A stretch of 64,000 nt of DNA from an uncultured Acidimicrobiia bacterium (lineage in GTDB: Bacteria; Actinomycetota; Acidimicrobiia; Spongiisociales; UBA5794), in NCBI GenBank assembly GCA_965368815.1, contig CBDUOH010000002.1, positions 15,090-79,089 on the forward strand, read 5' to 3'. Shown in pieces: positions 35,689 through 44,121 of the stretch (within the stretch, counting starts at the first letter, position 1; each line of letters starts with the position of its first letter). The notes under the pieces are model-generated. The model was not told where the DNA came from. It saw nothing but the letters and a program-made list of their open reading frames with translations, and did no database searches. A program made the translations under genes and the position numbers.

Positions 35689-36812
35689 GAGCCATCGGGT
35701 GTTGATCTGACGACAAGAGCGCCCGCACGTGCAAAACCAAGTATGGCGTCATTGTCGGATTCGGCAACCGAAAGGACGACCGTGCGGTAGAAATCCTGAC
35801 CGAGAAGCTGCATCGCCGACAGGTCGGCCTCATCTGCCTGCCCCGTCACCATGACGAGGACGCCGCCCGCCATTCCCGACCTGCGGAGCCGCGAAACGAG
35901 ATGTCGGAGGTTCAGGTCCTTGGCCGGTCGGATCGTGGCCAACTCCTCCATCGCAACGCGGTACGCATCGGCGTTTCCGACGACCGTCCCGTTGCCCGTG
36001 CCGGTCCAGATCGTAGGTGTGTACCCGCTGGCGAAGAGGTGCTTGAGGGTGGAGGCTGCGCCCCTGACCGCCTGTTCGAAGCTCTCGGCAGAGCTGTGTG
36101 GTTGGACCCGAGGGTCCAACATGATGAAGGCCCGCGACTGCCAGGGCATCTCGAGCTGCTTGATCATGAGCTCGTCCCGTTTGGCCGATGAAGGCCAATG
36201 GACCTTCCTGAGGTCGTCGCCTTGGTGGTACTCACGCAGGGTGAAGAAGTCCTCGCCTCCGGAGTGCCAAAAGCTGGCGCGAGCTGTGTTGATCGTCTGA
36301 TCCTGTCCTCGGCCGGTCGGGACGCCGGTCAGTGCCTCGACCCTGGGATAGACGACGATGCGATCCACACTGCCGAAGCTCGACACCTGCTCGGTGAAGC
36401 CGAGCGGATCCCCGATGGTCACCTTCGAAGGGCCGACCCGATACACGCCCCGTGGTCGGCACAACACCTCGTATCGACCCGCCATGATGTCTCCATCCGA
36501 CACACGATCCGCGACGAACTTGGCGGCGCCCAGCCCATGCACACGGTCTTCGAGCGCAACGCGATAGACCTTGCGCCGGGATTGGAGGGTCAGATCGACG
36601 ACGGCACGTTCCCCGTCGTGGAGCTGTTCGGGGTTGATGCGCCGTCGGAGCACGAGTCGTGGGCCCGCAAGGCGCACATACATCGAGCCGCCGCCCACGG
36701 CGATGAGGAGGAACACGGAGAGGGCGAGGAGGAGATCCTCGCCGAATCCCGCCCACAACACGGCGAGTGCAGCTGCAGCGCCGACTGCAGCCCATCCGCG
36801 TGTCGTTGGCAT
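35628..36812 (-). CDS. DUF58 domain protein (vWA-like, MoxR-associated)
   Basis: It has two N-terminal TM helices, then the DUF58 signature 'FFTLREYHQGDDLRKVHWPSSAKRDELMIKQLE'. It is coupled between the moxR and tgpA-like genes. Confidence 0.8.
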   Translation of the reverse strand: MPTTRGWAAVGAAAALAVLWAGFGEDLLLALSVFLLIAVGGGSMYVRLAGPRLVLRRRINPEQLHDGERAVVDLTLQSRRKVYRVALEDRVHGLGAAKFVADRVSDGDIMAGRYEVLCRPRGVYRVGPSKVTIGDPLGFTEQVSSFGSVDRIVVYPRVEALTGVPTGRGQDQTINTARASFWHSGGEDFFTLREYHQGDDLRKVHWPSSAKRDELMIKQLEMPWQSRAFIMLDPRVQPHSSAESFEQAVRGAASTLKHLFASGYTPTIWTGTGNGTVVGNADAYRVAMEELATIRPAKDLNLRHLVSRLRRSGMAGGVLVMVTGQADEADLSAMQLLGQDFYRTVVLSVAESDNDAILGFARAGALVVRSTPDGSWSESWRNAMEHGWSTASAG

Positions 36813-37843
36813 CAGGCCGTCGTTCGCGTCCCGGGGACCGGGACGGATGAGAGGACCTGATCGAGCACGTCGGTCACCGACGTTCCTCGCATCTGGGCCT
36901 CGGGTCTGATCACCAAACGGTGATTGAGGATCGGTGACAGGATCGCTTTGACGTCGTCGGGCGATGCGTAGTCGCGCCCGTCGCCGGCCGCCACGGCGCG
37001 TGCGGCGCGTTGGAGGAACAGCGTTGCGCGGGGCGATGCGCCGAGCAGGATGTCGGGATGCTGACGGGTTGCCTCTGCCAGATCGATGAGATAGCCACGC
37101 AGGACATCAGCGACATGGATCCTTCGAGCTATCGACGTCATCCGGATGATGTCTTCTGCGTGCACCACGGGCTTGAGGTCGTCGAAGCTCGATCCTCCAC
37201 CGTGCGTTTGGAGCATTTCGAGTTCCTTGGAGCGCTCGGGGTACCCCATGGCGACCCGCATCATGAACCGGTCAAGCTGGGCCTCGGGGAGCGGATAGGT
37301 TCCCTCATGCTCGATCGGGTTCTGGGTTGCGATGACGATGAACGGAGGAGGGAGCACGTGTGTCTCCCCGTCGACCGTGATCTGGCGTTCCTCCATGGCC
37401 TCGAGGAGTGCCGACTGCGTCTTGGGGCTCGCACGGTTGATCTCGTCACCGAGGACGACGTTGGCGAACACCGGGCCGGCACGGAAGTTGAAGGTTCCGG
37501 TCTCCCTGCTCCACACGGAAACGCCGGTGACGTCCGCCGGAAGGAGGTCGGGGGTGAACTGCACACGTTGGAAGGTGCAGTCGATGGAGCGGGCCAGCGC
37601 CTTGGCGAGCAAGGTCTTCCCGACACCGGGTACATCTTCGATGAGGACGTGCCCCTCGGCGACAAGGCTTGTCACGACGAGGTCGATCGTCGGACGCTTG
37701 CCCTGGATCACGCGTTCAATGTTCTCGGCGACGGTTCGATACCGTTCGCCGTACCAGTCAAGGTCGGTCTGCGCCAGGGACACAATGCCTCCTTTGGTCC
37801 TGCCGAAGCAACGGAACCATACCTCTTTGTGAGGGTTGCGCAC
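36812..37843 (-). CDS. MoxR-family AAA+ ATPase
   Basis: It has Walker A 'DVPGVGKTLLAKALA', Walker B 'VVLGDEINRASPKTQSALLEAMEE', and 'IVIATQNPIEHEGTYPLPEAQLDRF'. The start is uncertain; the track ORF is 343 aa. Confidence 0.85.
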   Translation of the reverse strand: MRNPHKEVWFRCFGRTKGGIVSLAQTDLDWYGERYRTVAENIERVIQGKRPTIDLVVTSLVAEGHVLIEDVPGVGKTLLAKALARSIDCTFQRVQFTPDLLPADVTGVSVWSRETGTFNFRAGPVFANVVLGDEINRASPKTQSALLEAMEERQITVDGETHVLPPPFIVIATQNPIEHEGTYPLPEAQLDRFMMRVAMGYPERSKELEMLQTHGGGSSFDDLKPVVHAEDIIRMTSIARRIHVADVLRGYLIDLAEATRQHPDILLGASPRATLFLQRAARAVAAGDGRDYASPDDVKAILSPILNHRLVIRPEAQMRGTSVTDVLDQVLSSVPVPGTRTTA

Positions 37844-38124
37844 GCAGGAGGGTGGCGATTCCGGGCTACATTGGACCCGTGTTCACCTTCGGCAACGTCG
37901 CTGCAATCCTGGTCCGTCCGCTCCTGTGGCGCACTGCCGTGGGTGCGTGGTTCGCTTTCGTGCCGCGGACGTGGTGGCGGAGGGCACCATTCCTTCCCAT
38001 TCCCGACCGATCGGTCATCTCGTGGCGAGTGACTACTGCCTATGGACAATCGGATATGACCCTTGCCACCGAAGACATGCTTTCGTATCTTCGATGGAGA
38101 CGGCAACAGAACCGTTAGGACACT

Positions 38125-38910
38125 GTGAAAGGGAGTTCTGTGCAAGCGCGATCACTACGCGAGGACCTTCTCGGCATAGAAGGGGTCGAAGGAGCGGACA
38201 TCGATGGAGACAATCAATCTCCGTCCGGTTTGCGAATTCGCATCTCTGAGGGTGCTGACCAGCACTATGTCGGCCAGGAAATCCGACGAGTTCTATCGGC
38301 CCATGGGCTTGGTACCGATACGAAACTGCCGGGCGAAGGGGCAGAATCCCATGCAGACGCCATGGCGTCCGTGTCGGACCTCGCTGCCGAGCAGGCCAAG
38401 GCAGCGACGCTCGTCTCAGTAGCCGAAAAGGAAAAGCCCGAGCCACGTCGGATCATCGACCTCACCGAGGAACCCGAGGATCAGGACGAGGCCGACGAGG
38501 AGTCCGAGGCCGTACAGACGCCTCCGGACAGAGGTCTCGTCGATCCCGATGTCCGCCGACCGGTGCGACCGGAGGTCTCCGTTGTGGGGATCGAGCGGGT
38601 ATCGGTCGATGAGGGTCGCAACGGGATAACCGTGACCATCACGGCGACCGATGGGCGCTCCGAGACCGAGGCGGCCCGCGGAAGCGAAGGCGGCGTCGAC
38701 CGTGCGGTGGTCATCGCGGCAGCACGGCTCGCGTCACCGAACCTTCCTGACCCCATGGTGATCGATGTGGACGAACGTCGCATCGAGGGCGTCGACATCG
38801 TCATGATCGTGCTCGACTGCAACGGCCGCATGGCCGCAGGGAGTTCCGTCATAGGTGCGGGTCGTGCGTATGCCTTGGCACGAGCGACCTGGGCGGCCGT
38901 CGCCGTCTGA
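38125..38910 (+). CDS. Hypothetical acidic protein with three internal repeats of a ~45-aa module
   Basis: The repeats are 'LGIEGVEGADIDGD..LRIRISEGAD...VGQEIRRVL', 'VSVVGIERVSVDEGRNGITVTITATDGRSE...VDRAVVIAAARL' and 'MVIDVDERRIEGVDIVMIVLDCNGRMAAG...GRAYALARATW'. The middle is rich in Glu/Asp. No family could be assigned. Confidence 0.4.
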   Translation: MKGSSVQARSLREDLLGIEGVEGADIDGDNQSPSGLRIRISEGADQHYVGQEIRRVLSAHGLGTDTKLPGEGAESHADAMASVSDLAAEQAKAATLVSVAEKEKPEPRRIIDLTEEPEDQDEADEESEAVQTPPDRGLVDPDVRRPVRPEVSVVGIERVSVDEGRNGITVTITATDGRSETEAARGSEGGVDRAVVIAAARLASPNLPDPMVIDVDERRIEGVDIVMIVLDCNGRMAAGSSVIGAGRAYALARATWAAVAV

Positions 38911-38941
38911 GCCGTCGTGACCGTCCCGGCCGGCGGGATCG

Positions 38942-39475
38942 TCAGTCGGATCCGGTGGGCACGATCAGTTCAACAACGACATCCCGTGTCTCACGGTCGA
39001 TGCCTGATACCGGAGTCGATGCAATCGCCGGGCTGACTGAGGGTTCGCTGTCGTCGGAAACGCCGAAAGCGGCGTGGTAGTCACTCACCCGGGCAACGAT
39101 GTCACGGACCACAAGCCTCGTATGGTCGGTGCCGGCGTCCGCGAGCAAGGCAAGATCATCTTCGCCGGTGGCGATGACGGTGACGTCGTTGGCCCGGATG
39201 TCGGAGATCATGATTTCCTGGAGCACCTTGTCGGGCGACAGGGCCGAGAGGTCGGCGATGACGACGGCATCGACGGCACCGCTGCGCACGACGTCGAGGA
39301 GGGCCTTGAAACCCGGTCGGTCGGTGTTGGCCGACGACGTGTGATGATCCTGGCACATGGCGATCAGTTCGTTCCCCGTGTCGCGTGCCCAACGTCGGAT
39401 CCGTTCGCTTTGGGCGAACGCGGTGTCGGGGTCCTTGCGACCCGGCGTTTGTCGAACGTAGCCAGCTATACGCAT
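38942..39475 (-). CDS. Resolvase-like (serine-recombinase N-terminal catalytic-domain fold) protein that lacks the catalytic serine and any DNA-binding domain
   Basis: 'MRIAGYVRQTPGRKDP...DRPGFKALLDVVRSGAVDAVVIADLSALS...VLQEIMISDIRANDVTVIATGEDD' is collinear with resolvase 'M+IAGYVRVSTxxQ...RPGLxxLLxxVxxGxxDxVVVxxLDRLSR...GVxLxSLxE'. The nucleophile position reads Q-T-P. It is the internal ATG (about 39475) in track ORF 38942..39610. Confidence 0.45.
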   Translation of the reverse strand: MRIAGYVRQTPGRKDPDTAFAQSERIRRWARDTGNELIAMCQDHHTSSANTDRPGFKALLDVVRSGAVDAVVIADLSALSPDKVLQEIMISDIRANDVTVIATGEDDLALLADAGTDHTRLVVRDIVARVSDYHAAFGVSDDSEPSVSPAIASTPVSGIDRETRDVVVELIVPTGSD

Positions 39476-39720
39476 GATGCCTTCCTGTACCCGCACGAGC
39501 CGTCCCGAGTCGGCCGCCCTGTGCCGCCTCGTGGTGTGGGGCCTTGCTGAGTCCGCGACGCCCCCGTGCCCGTGCTGTCGTAGTATCGCACCAGTGCGCA
39601 TCGTGGTCAACGACGGTCGGAGAGTAGTCGGGCTGTGTCGATCGGTGGACGTCGTCCGGGCCGGGCTGCCGTTGTCCGCCGTCCTGCAGTTCCTGACACC
39701 CGTGGTACGATTTCGCCCGT

Positions 39721-40209
39721 ATGAGAACGCTGGTCCTCAACGCATCGAACGAGCCTCTCTCCGTCGTTTCGGCACGGCGGGCAGTGGTTTTGCTGCTGCG
39801 TGATCGCGCTGACGTCATCGCTCCGTCCGAATTGACCTGGAGGGCCGAAGCCGAATCCTTCACGGTTCCATCCGTTGTTCGACTCCGTCGGTATGTGCCG
39901 GTTCCGTACCGTCGGTCCGTCCCGATCTCACGGCGAGCGATCTTCCTGCGGGACGAGAACCGGTGCCAGTACTGCGGCAAGCATGCCGAGAACGTCGATC
40001 ACGTGATACCGAAGGTGCAGGGAGGGAAACACCGATGGAACAACGTGGTCGCCTCGTGTCGGCGATGCAACACCAGGAAGGGTGGTCGAACACCATCCCA
40101 GGCAGGGCTCGAACTCAGGCGTCCACCATCGGCACCCGGCAGGTTCGATTGGGTCTACGTCGCTGCGGGCGGCAGGGCGGAACAGGACTGGCAGCCCTAC
40201 CTCAGCTGA
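39721..40209 (+). CDS. HNH endonuclease family protein
   Basis: The HNH motif is 'CQYCGKHAENVDHVIPKVQGGKHRWNNVVASCRRCNTRKG', and the protein is 162 aa. Confidence 0.75.
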   Translation: MRTLVLNASNEPLSVVSARRAVVLLLRDRADVIAPSELTWRAEAESFTVPSVVRLRRYVPVPYRRSVPISRRAIFLRDENRCQYCGKHAENVDHVIPKVQGGKHRWNNVVASCRRCNTRKGGRTPSQAGLELRRPPSAPGRFDWVYVAAGGRAEQDWQPYLS

Positions 40210-40224
40210 TCGCGGAATCCGTAG

Positions 40225-40737
40225 TTATCGGATGACCAGCACAGGGCACGGCGACCGTCGGACGAGCTTGGACCCGGTCGACCCGAGGAGTCCCTGGAAT
40301 GCGCCATGACCGTGTGACCCGACCACGATGACGTCGGCTTCGAGTTCGAGTGCCAACGCGATGATGTCGTCTGCGGGATCGTCGCCCTCGCGAACCATCG
40401 ATTCTGCGGTTCCCCCGCCTGCCCGGATTGCTTCCACGACAGGTCGGCAGAACGCGACCCTCTTGTCCCCGAGGTACTGAGCCACGACGGCATCGTCGCC
40501 CGGCCAACCTCGCGGCGTACCGCTTTGTCCCGAACGCGCCTCGACATACTCGGCATCCGCATCGACCGCAACAGGGGCCGATTCGCCGTACTGCGCTCGA
40601 AGATCGGTGATCAGAGTCCGGGGGACGCGCACAACTGTCGCCACGGTCGTCGTGCCGTCGGATCCTGCAAGCGCGGAAGCAAACGCCGCCGCCCTGTCGG
40701 TGTCTATCGAGCCGTCCGTAGCAACGAGTACATGCAT
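40225..40737 (-). CDS. Universal stress protein (UspA family)
   Basis: It starts 'MHVLVATDGS' and ends with the ATP-binding 'VIVVGSHGHGAFQGLLGSTGSKLVRRSPCPVLVI'. Confidence 0.8.
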   Translation of the reverse strand: MHVLVATDGSIDTDRAAAFASALAGSDGTTTVATVVRVPRTLITDLRAQYGESAPVAVDADAEYVEARSGQSGTPRGWPGDDAVVAQYLGDKRVAFCRPVVEAIRAGGGTAESMVREGDDPADDIIALALELEADVIVVGSHGHGAFQGLLGSTGSKLVRRSPCPVLVIR

Positions 40738-40773
40738 GGTGATCCTCCCGCGAATCGGTTTGCCACCGACAGG

Positions 40774-41556
40774 CTAGGCGGAAACACCGTGCGCTCGCGC
40801 AATACCGGCCAGAGTCGGCACGTCCAGTCCCGCCTCGCCGGCATGCCGAAGCGCCCGCGCAAGACGCCGCGGGGCGGACCGGCCCGTGGTTCCGTGGTCC
40901 GGATCGGCCTCGAACGCGGCCACCATCGTGGCATAGGCACCGGCCGCGTCGATGGGTCCTCCGACGAGATATTCCTGGATCGCAAGTACTTCGTCCCCGA
41001 CACTGCGCGCAAGACTCTCGTGGCCGGTCCAGAGCTCTGAGACGGTGCCGCCGGTTTCGAGGCCGGCGATGTTCGCGACAAGGATGTACAGGTTCTTCGC
41101 GATCAGCGCCTCGACGAGCTGATCGTCGGTGACAGCGATCGCCGCGATCCCCGCGCCGATCAATGAGTCGACCACGAAGTCCGCCTTCGGACCACAGACC
41201 GGAGTCGGGATGATCACATTGGTGTCGATACCCGGCTTCTTCTCGAACCACACCACCGCAACCGTGGGGTTGTCGATGCCGTGCCTGTGCCAATCGCGGG
41301 GGAGTAGCTCGTTCTGGATCAACCCGACTCGATCGCGCCAGGGGTCAGGCATCGATGCAAGCACCGCATCCAGGTCGTCCTCGCCGACGGTGACCAGAAC
41401 CAGCTCCGGATCCGGAAGCTCGGATGCCACGGAGTCGGCGCTCATCGAGCGTGTCACGGGAACGACGGGTCGACCACCTTTGAGAAACGCCTTGGCGAAC
41501 ACGCCGCCCATCTCGCCGACGCCGAACAGAACCACGGGTGAGTCATATGCATCCAT
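40774..41556 (-). CDS. NAD(P)-binding Rossmann-domain protein (ProC / ketopantoate-reductase-like); exact family unclear
   Basis: The N-terminal 'VVLFGVGEMGGVFAKAFLKGG' is a dinucleotide-binding fold. It is 260 aa. Confidence 0.45.
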   Translation of the reverse strand: MDAYDSPVVLFGVGEMGGVFAKAFLKGGRPVVPVTRSMSADSVASELPDPELVLVTVGEDDLDAVLASMPDPWRDRVGLIQNELLPRDWHRHGIDNPTVAVVWFEKKPGIDTNVIIPTPVCGPKADFVVDSLIGAGIAAIAVTDDQLVEALIAKNLYILVANIAGLETGGTVSELWTGHESLARSVGDEVLAIQEYLVGGPIDAAGAYATMVAAFEADPDHGTTGRSAPRRLARALRHAGEAGLDVPTLAGIARAHGVSA

Positions 41557-41602
41557 ACCGGCGAGCGTAACCGTCCGACGAACCTGGCAACCGCAGCGTC
41601 GG

Positions 41603-42412
41603 TCAGCTCTTTGCGCCGACTCGCTTGTATTTGCGGGTGGCGAGCGGGACGAAGACGATCAGGATGATCGCGATCCAGATGAGTGTGTACGCGATCGGAT
41701 TCTGGAGGGGCCAGGCCGAGGGTTCGGGCGTACCGACCGGGATGTTTCCGAACAGCTCCCTGGCGGCCTGTGTGACCGACGACACCGGATTCCACTCGGC
41801 GAACACCCGCAAAGGTGTCGGCAGATTGTCGGAAGGAACGAACGTGTTGGCGATGAAGGTCAGTGGGAAGATCACCATGAATGAGGCATTGTTGATGACC
41901 TCGACACTCGGCACCGACAGTCCGACAAGCGCCATGATCCACGAGAAGGCGTAGGCGAACAACAACAGGAGTCCGAATCCGACCAGCGCACTCATGAAAC
42001 CGTTGTGGATCCGCCAGCCGACCACGAGTCCGGTCAGCGCCATGATCACCAGTGACAGGACGTTGTAGATGACGTCGCTTGCGGTTCTCCCGAAGACGAC
42101 CGCCGACTGCGACATCGGCAGCGACCGGAACCGGTTGATGATGCCCTTCTGCATGTCCTCGGCGAGTCCGGCACCGGTGAACGTGGCGCCGAAGATCACC
42201 GTCTGGGCAAAGATGCCACCGATGAGGAATTCCTTGTACGAACCACCGGGAACATCGATCGAGCCGCCGAACACGAAGGCGAACAGCAGGACGAACATGA
42301 TCGGGGAGATCAGAACGAACACGAGCACTTCGGGTACCCGGATGATCTTGATGACGTTGCGCTTCGCAACGACGGAACCGTCGGCAAATGCCATCTTGAG
42401 TCGTTCCATCAT
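41603..42412 (-). CDS. ABC-2 type transporter permease (DrrB-like)
   Basis: It has six hydrophobic helices and a typical ABC-2 membrane-domain pattern. It is translationally coupled to the upstream ATPase gene. Confidence 0.8.
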   Translation of the reverse strand: MMERLKMAFADGSVVAKRNVIKIIRVPEVLVFVLISPIMFVLLFAFVFGGSIDVPGGSYKEFLIGGIFAQTVIFGATFTGAGLAEDMQKGIINRFRSLPMSQSAVVFGRTASDVIYNVLSLVIMALTGLVVGWRIHNGFMSALVGFGLLLLFAYAFSWIMALVGLSVPSVEVINNASFMVIFPLTFIANTFVPSDNLPTPLRVFAEWNPVSSVTQAARELFGNIPVGTPEPSAWPLQNPIAYTLIWIAIILIVFVPLATRKYKRVGAKS

Positions 42413-43401
42413 GCCACCTCCTCGGTCGCCGCTTCTTCACTCGTGTGACCCGTCAGGGACAAGAAGACGTCATCGAGGGTCGGTCGCCGCAGACCCACAT
42501 CGCGCAGTCCGATTCCTGCGTTGTCGAGTGATCGCAGCGCCGCCGTGAGCGTTGCCGCACCACCGGTGATGGGAACCACAAGCGATCGGGCGCGCTGATC
42601 CGTGTGGATCTCGCCCGCGGCGAGGGGGGTCAGCGCCGTGACCGCCGAGTCGAACTCGGAGTCGTCGTCGATCGTCACCTCGATGCGCTCACCGCCGACC
42701 TGGGACTTGAGCGCATCTGCGGTGCCGTGCGCGATCTCCCTTCCATGGTCGATCACGACGATGTCATCGGCGAGGTGATCCGCTTCCTCGAGGTACTGCG
42801 TCGTGAGGAGCAGCGTCGTGCCCTGACCGACGAGCGTCTTGATCACGTCCCATAGTCCGATGCGGCTTCGGGGGTCGAGTCCAGTCGTCGGTTCATCGAG
42901 GAACAGCACGGGTGGCGCCGCGACGAGGGCGCCTGCGAGGTCGAGTCTGCGGCGCATACCTCCCGAATAGGTCTTGACCGGCCGATCGGCTGCATCGGCG
43001 AGGTCGAATCGATCGAGGAGCTCACGGGACCGAGCCTTCGAGGCAGGCTTCCCGAGGTGATAGAGCCGTCCGATCATGTCGAGGTTCTCGTACCCGGTGA
43101 GATGTTCATCGACGGCTGCGTACTGGCCCGACAGGCCGATGACGCTGCGGACCTTCTCGGGCTCGCTGAACACGTCGACACCAGCGACGGTGGCGGACCC
43201 TGCGTCGGGTGTGAGCAGTGTCGTGAGAATCGACACGGCGGTCGTCTTGCCCGCACCGTTGGGGCCGAGCAGCCCGAGCACCGTACCCCCGGGGACCTCG
43301 AGATCAAGCCCGCCGAGGGCGGTCACCTTCCCGTACATCTTGACGAGACCTTCGGCCTCAATGACAGCTGCCACACATCCTCCTCGCGACCGGCATGACA
43401 T
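42409..43401 (-). CDS. ABC transporter ATP-binding protein (DrrA-like)
   Basis: It has Walker A 'GLLGPNGAGKTT', the signature 'YSGGMRRRLDLA', Walker B 'LFLDEPTTGLD' and an H-loop. The start is near 'MSCRSRGG...VIEAEGLVKMYG'. The track ORF is 550 aa with a spurious 5' extension. Confidence 0.85.
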   Translation of the reverse strand: MSCRSRGGCVAAVIEAEGLVKMYGKVTALGGLDLEVPGGTVLGLLGPNGAGKTTAVSILTTLLTPDAGSATVAGVDVFSEPEKVRSVIGLSGQYAAVDEHLTGYENLDMIGRLYHLGKPASKARSRELLDRFDLADAADRPVKTYSGGMRRRLDLAGALVAAPPVLFLDEPTTGLDPRSRIGLWDVIKTLVGQGTTLLLTTQYLEEADHLADDIVVIDHGREIAHGTADALKSQVGGERIEVTIDDDSEFDSAVTALTPLAAGEIHTDQRARSLVVPITGGAATLTAALRSLDNAGIGLRDVGLRRPTLDDVFLSLTGHTSEEAATEEVA

Positions 43402-43497
43402 TAGGACGCCGGTGTGACACATATGAACGGAATCGCCGGATGCGATCGTCGCCGACCCGCGCCACGGGCATGGATGGGCGCAAAAGGGTCCATTGTG

Positions 43498-43540
43498 TTG
43501 ACAAGTGGCGCGTGGTGGGGCATAGTGGGGGTCCGTGGGA
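43498..43540 (+). promoter_or_regulatory. mraZ (dcw) promoter with MraZ operator boxes. The -35 is TTGACA (43498-43503), a 17-bp spacer follows, and the -10-like hexamer is CATAGT (43521-43526). Three direct repeats GTGGGG / GTGGGG / GTGGGA start at 43515, 43525 and 43535, exactly 10 bp apart.
   Basis: All elements are read directly from the sequence 24-66 nt upstream of the mraZ ATG. Tandem GTGGG-type repeats with 10-bp phasing overlapping the promoter are the described binding architecture of MraZ. Confidence 0.6.
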
Positions 43541-43563
43541 GATAATGATGGAGATTCCACCAT

Positions 43564-43995
43564 ATGTTTTTGGGCGAATACAGCCATTCGCTGGACGACA
43601 AAGGGCGCATTGTGATGCCGGCGAAATTTCGCGCCGGTCTCGATCGCGGTCTCGTCGTCACGAAGGGCCAGGAGCGTTGTCTCTACGTGTTCCCGATGGA
43701 CGTATGGGATTCCGAATCCGAGCGGGTTCGAAAGCTCCCTCGCACCGACAAGCGGGCCCGCAACTATTCGCGTTCGTTCTTCGCCTCGGCCTCCGACCAA
43801 TCGATGGATCGCGCCGGCCGCTGTCAGATCCCCGAGCCGCTCAGGCTCTACGCGGGGCTCGGCAAGGACGTCACCGTGGTCGGCGTGTCCGATCGCATCG
43901 AGATCTGGGACACGGCGACGTGGCAATCCGTCGCCGCCGAAGCCGACGAGTACTACGCCGGTATCGAGGAGGTGCTTTCGGAGGAAGGCATTTGA
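43564..43995 (+). CDS. mraZ: Transcriptional regulator MraZ
   Basis: It has the duplicated MraZ/SpoVT-AbrB fold with 'DDKGRIVMPAKFR' and 'DRAGRCQIPEPLR'. It is 143 aa and is the first gene of the dcw cluster. Confidence 0.9.
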   Translation: MFLGEYSHSLDDKGRIVMPAKFRAGLDRGLVVTKGQERCLYVFPMDVWDSESERVRKLPRTDKRARNYSRSFFASASDQSMDRAGRCQIPEPLRLYAGLGKDVTVVGVSDRIEIWDTATWQSVAAEADEYYAGIEEVLSEEGI

Positions 43996-44121
43996 CACAC
44001 AAGGAAGACAACAACGACCGATCGATGTGGGCTGGCTCGTGGTCAGTCCCCCGGATGCCAATTGGGAGGCCCCTTACTCCGCCCGCTTCCATGTTGGCGC
44101 CAGCGCTCCGGGGGGCTGACC

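Noticed and set aside
34502-35833. A 443-aa minus-strand ORF in an alternative frame across the tgpA-like and DUF58 genes.
   Set aside because: The annotated frames contain the transglutaminase Cys-His-Asp core and the DUF58 signature. This frame is an Arg/Pro/His-rich artifact.
41454-42440. A 328-aa minus-strand ORF in an alternative frame overlapping the ABC-2 permease gene.
   Set aside because: It is the same strand but a different frame. The permease frame gives hydrophobic TM helices, while this frame is Arg/His-rich.
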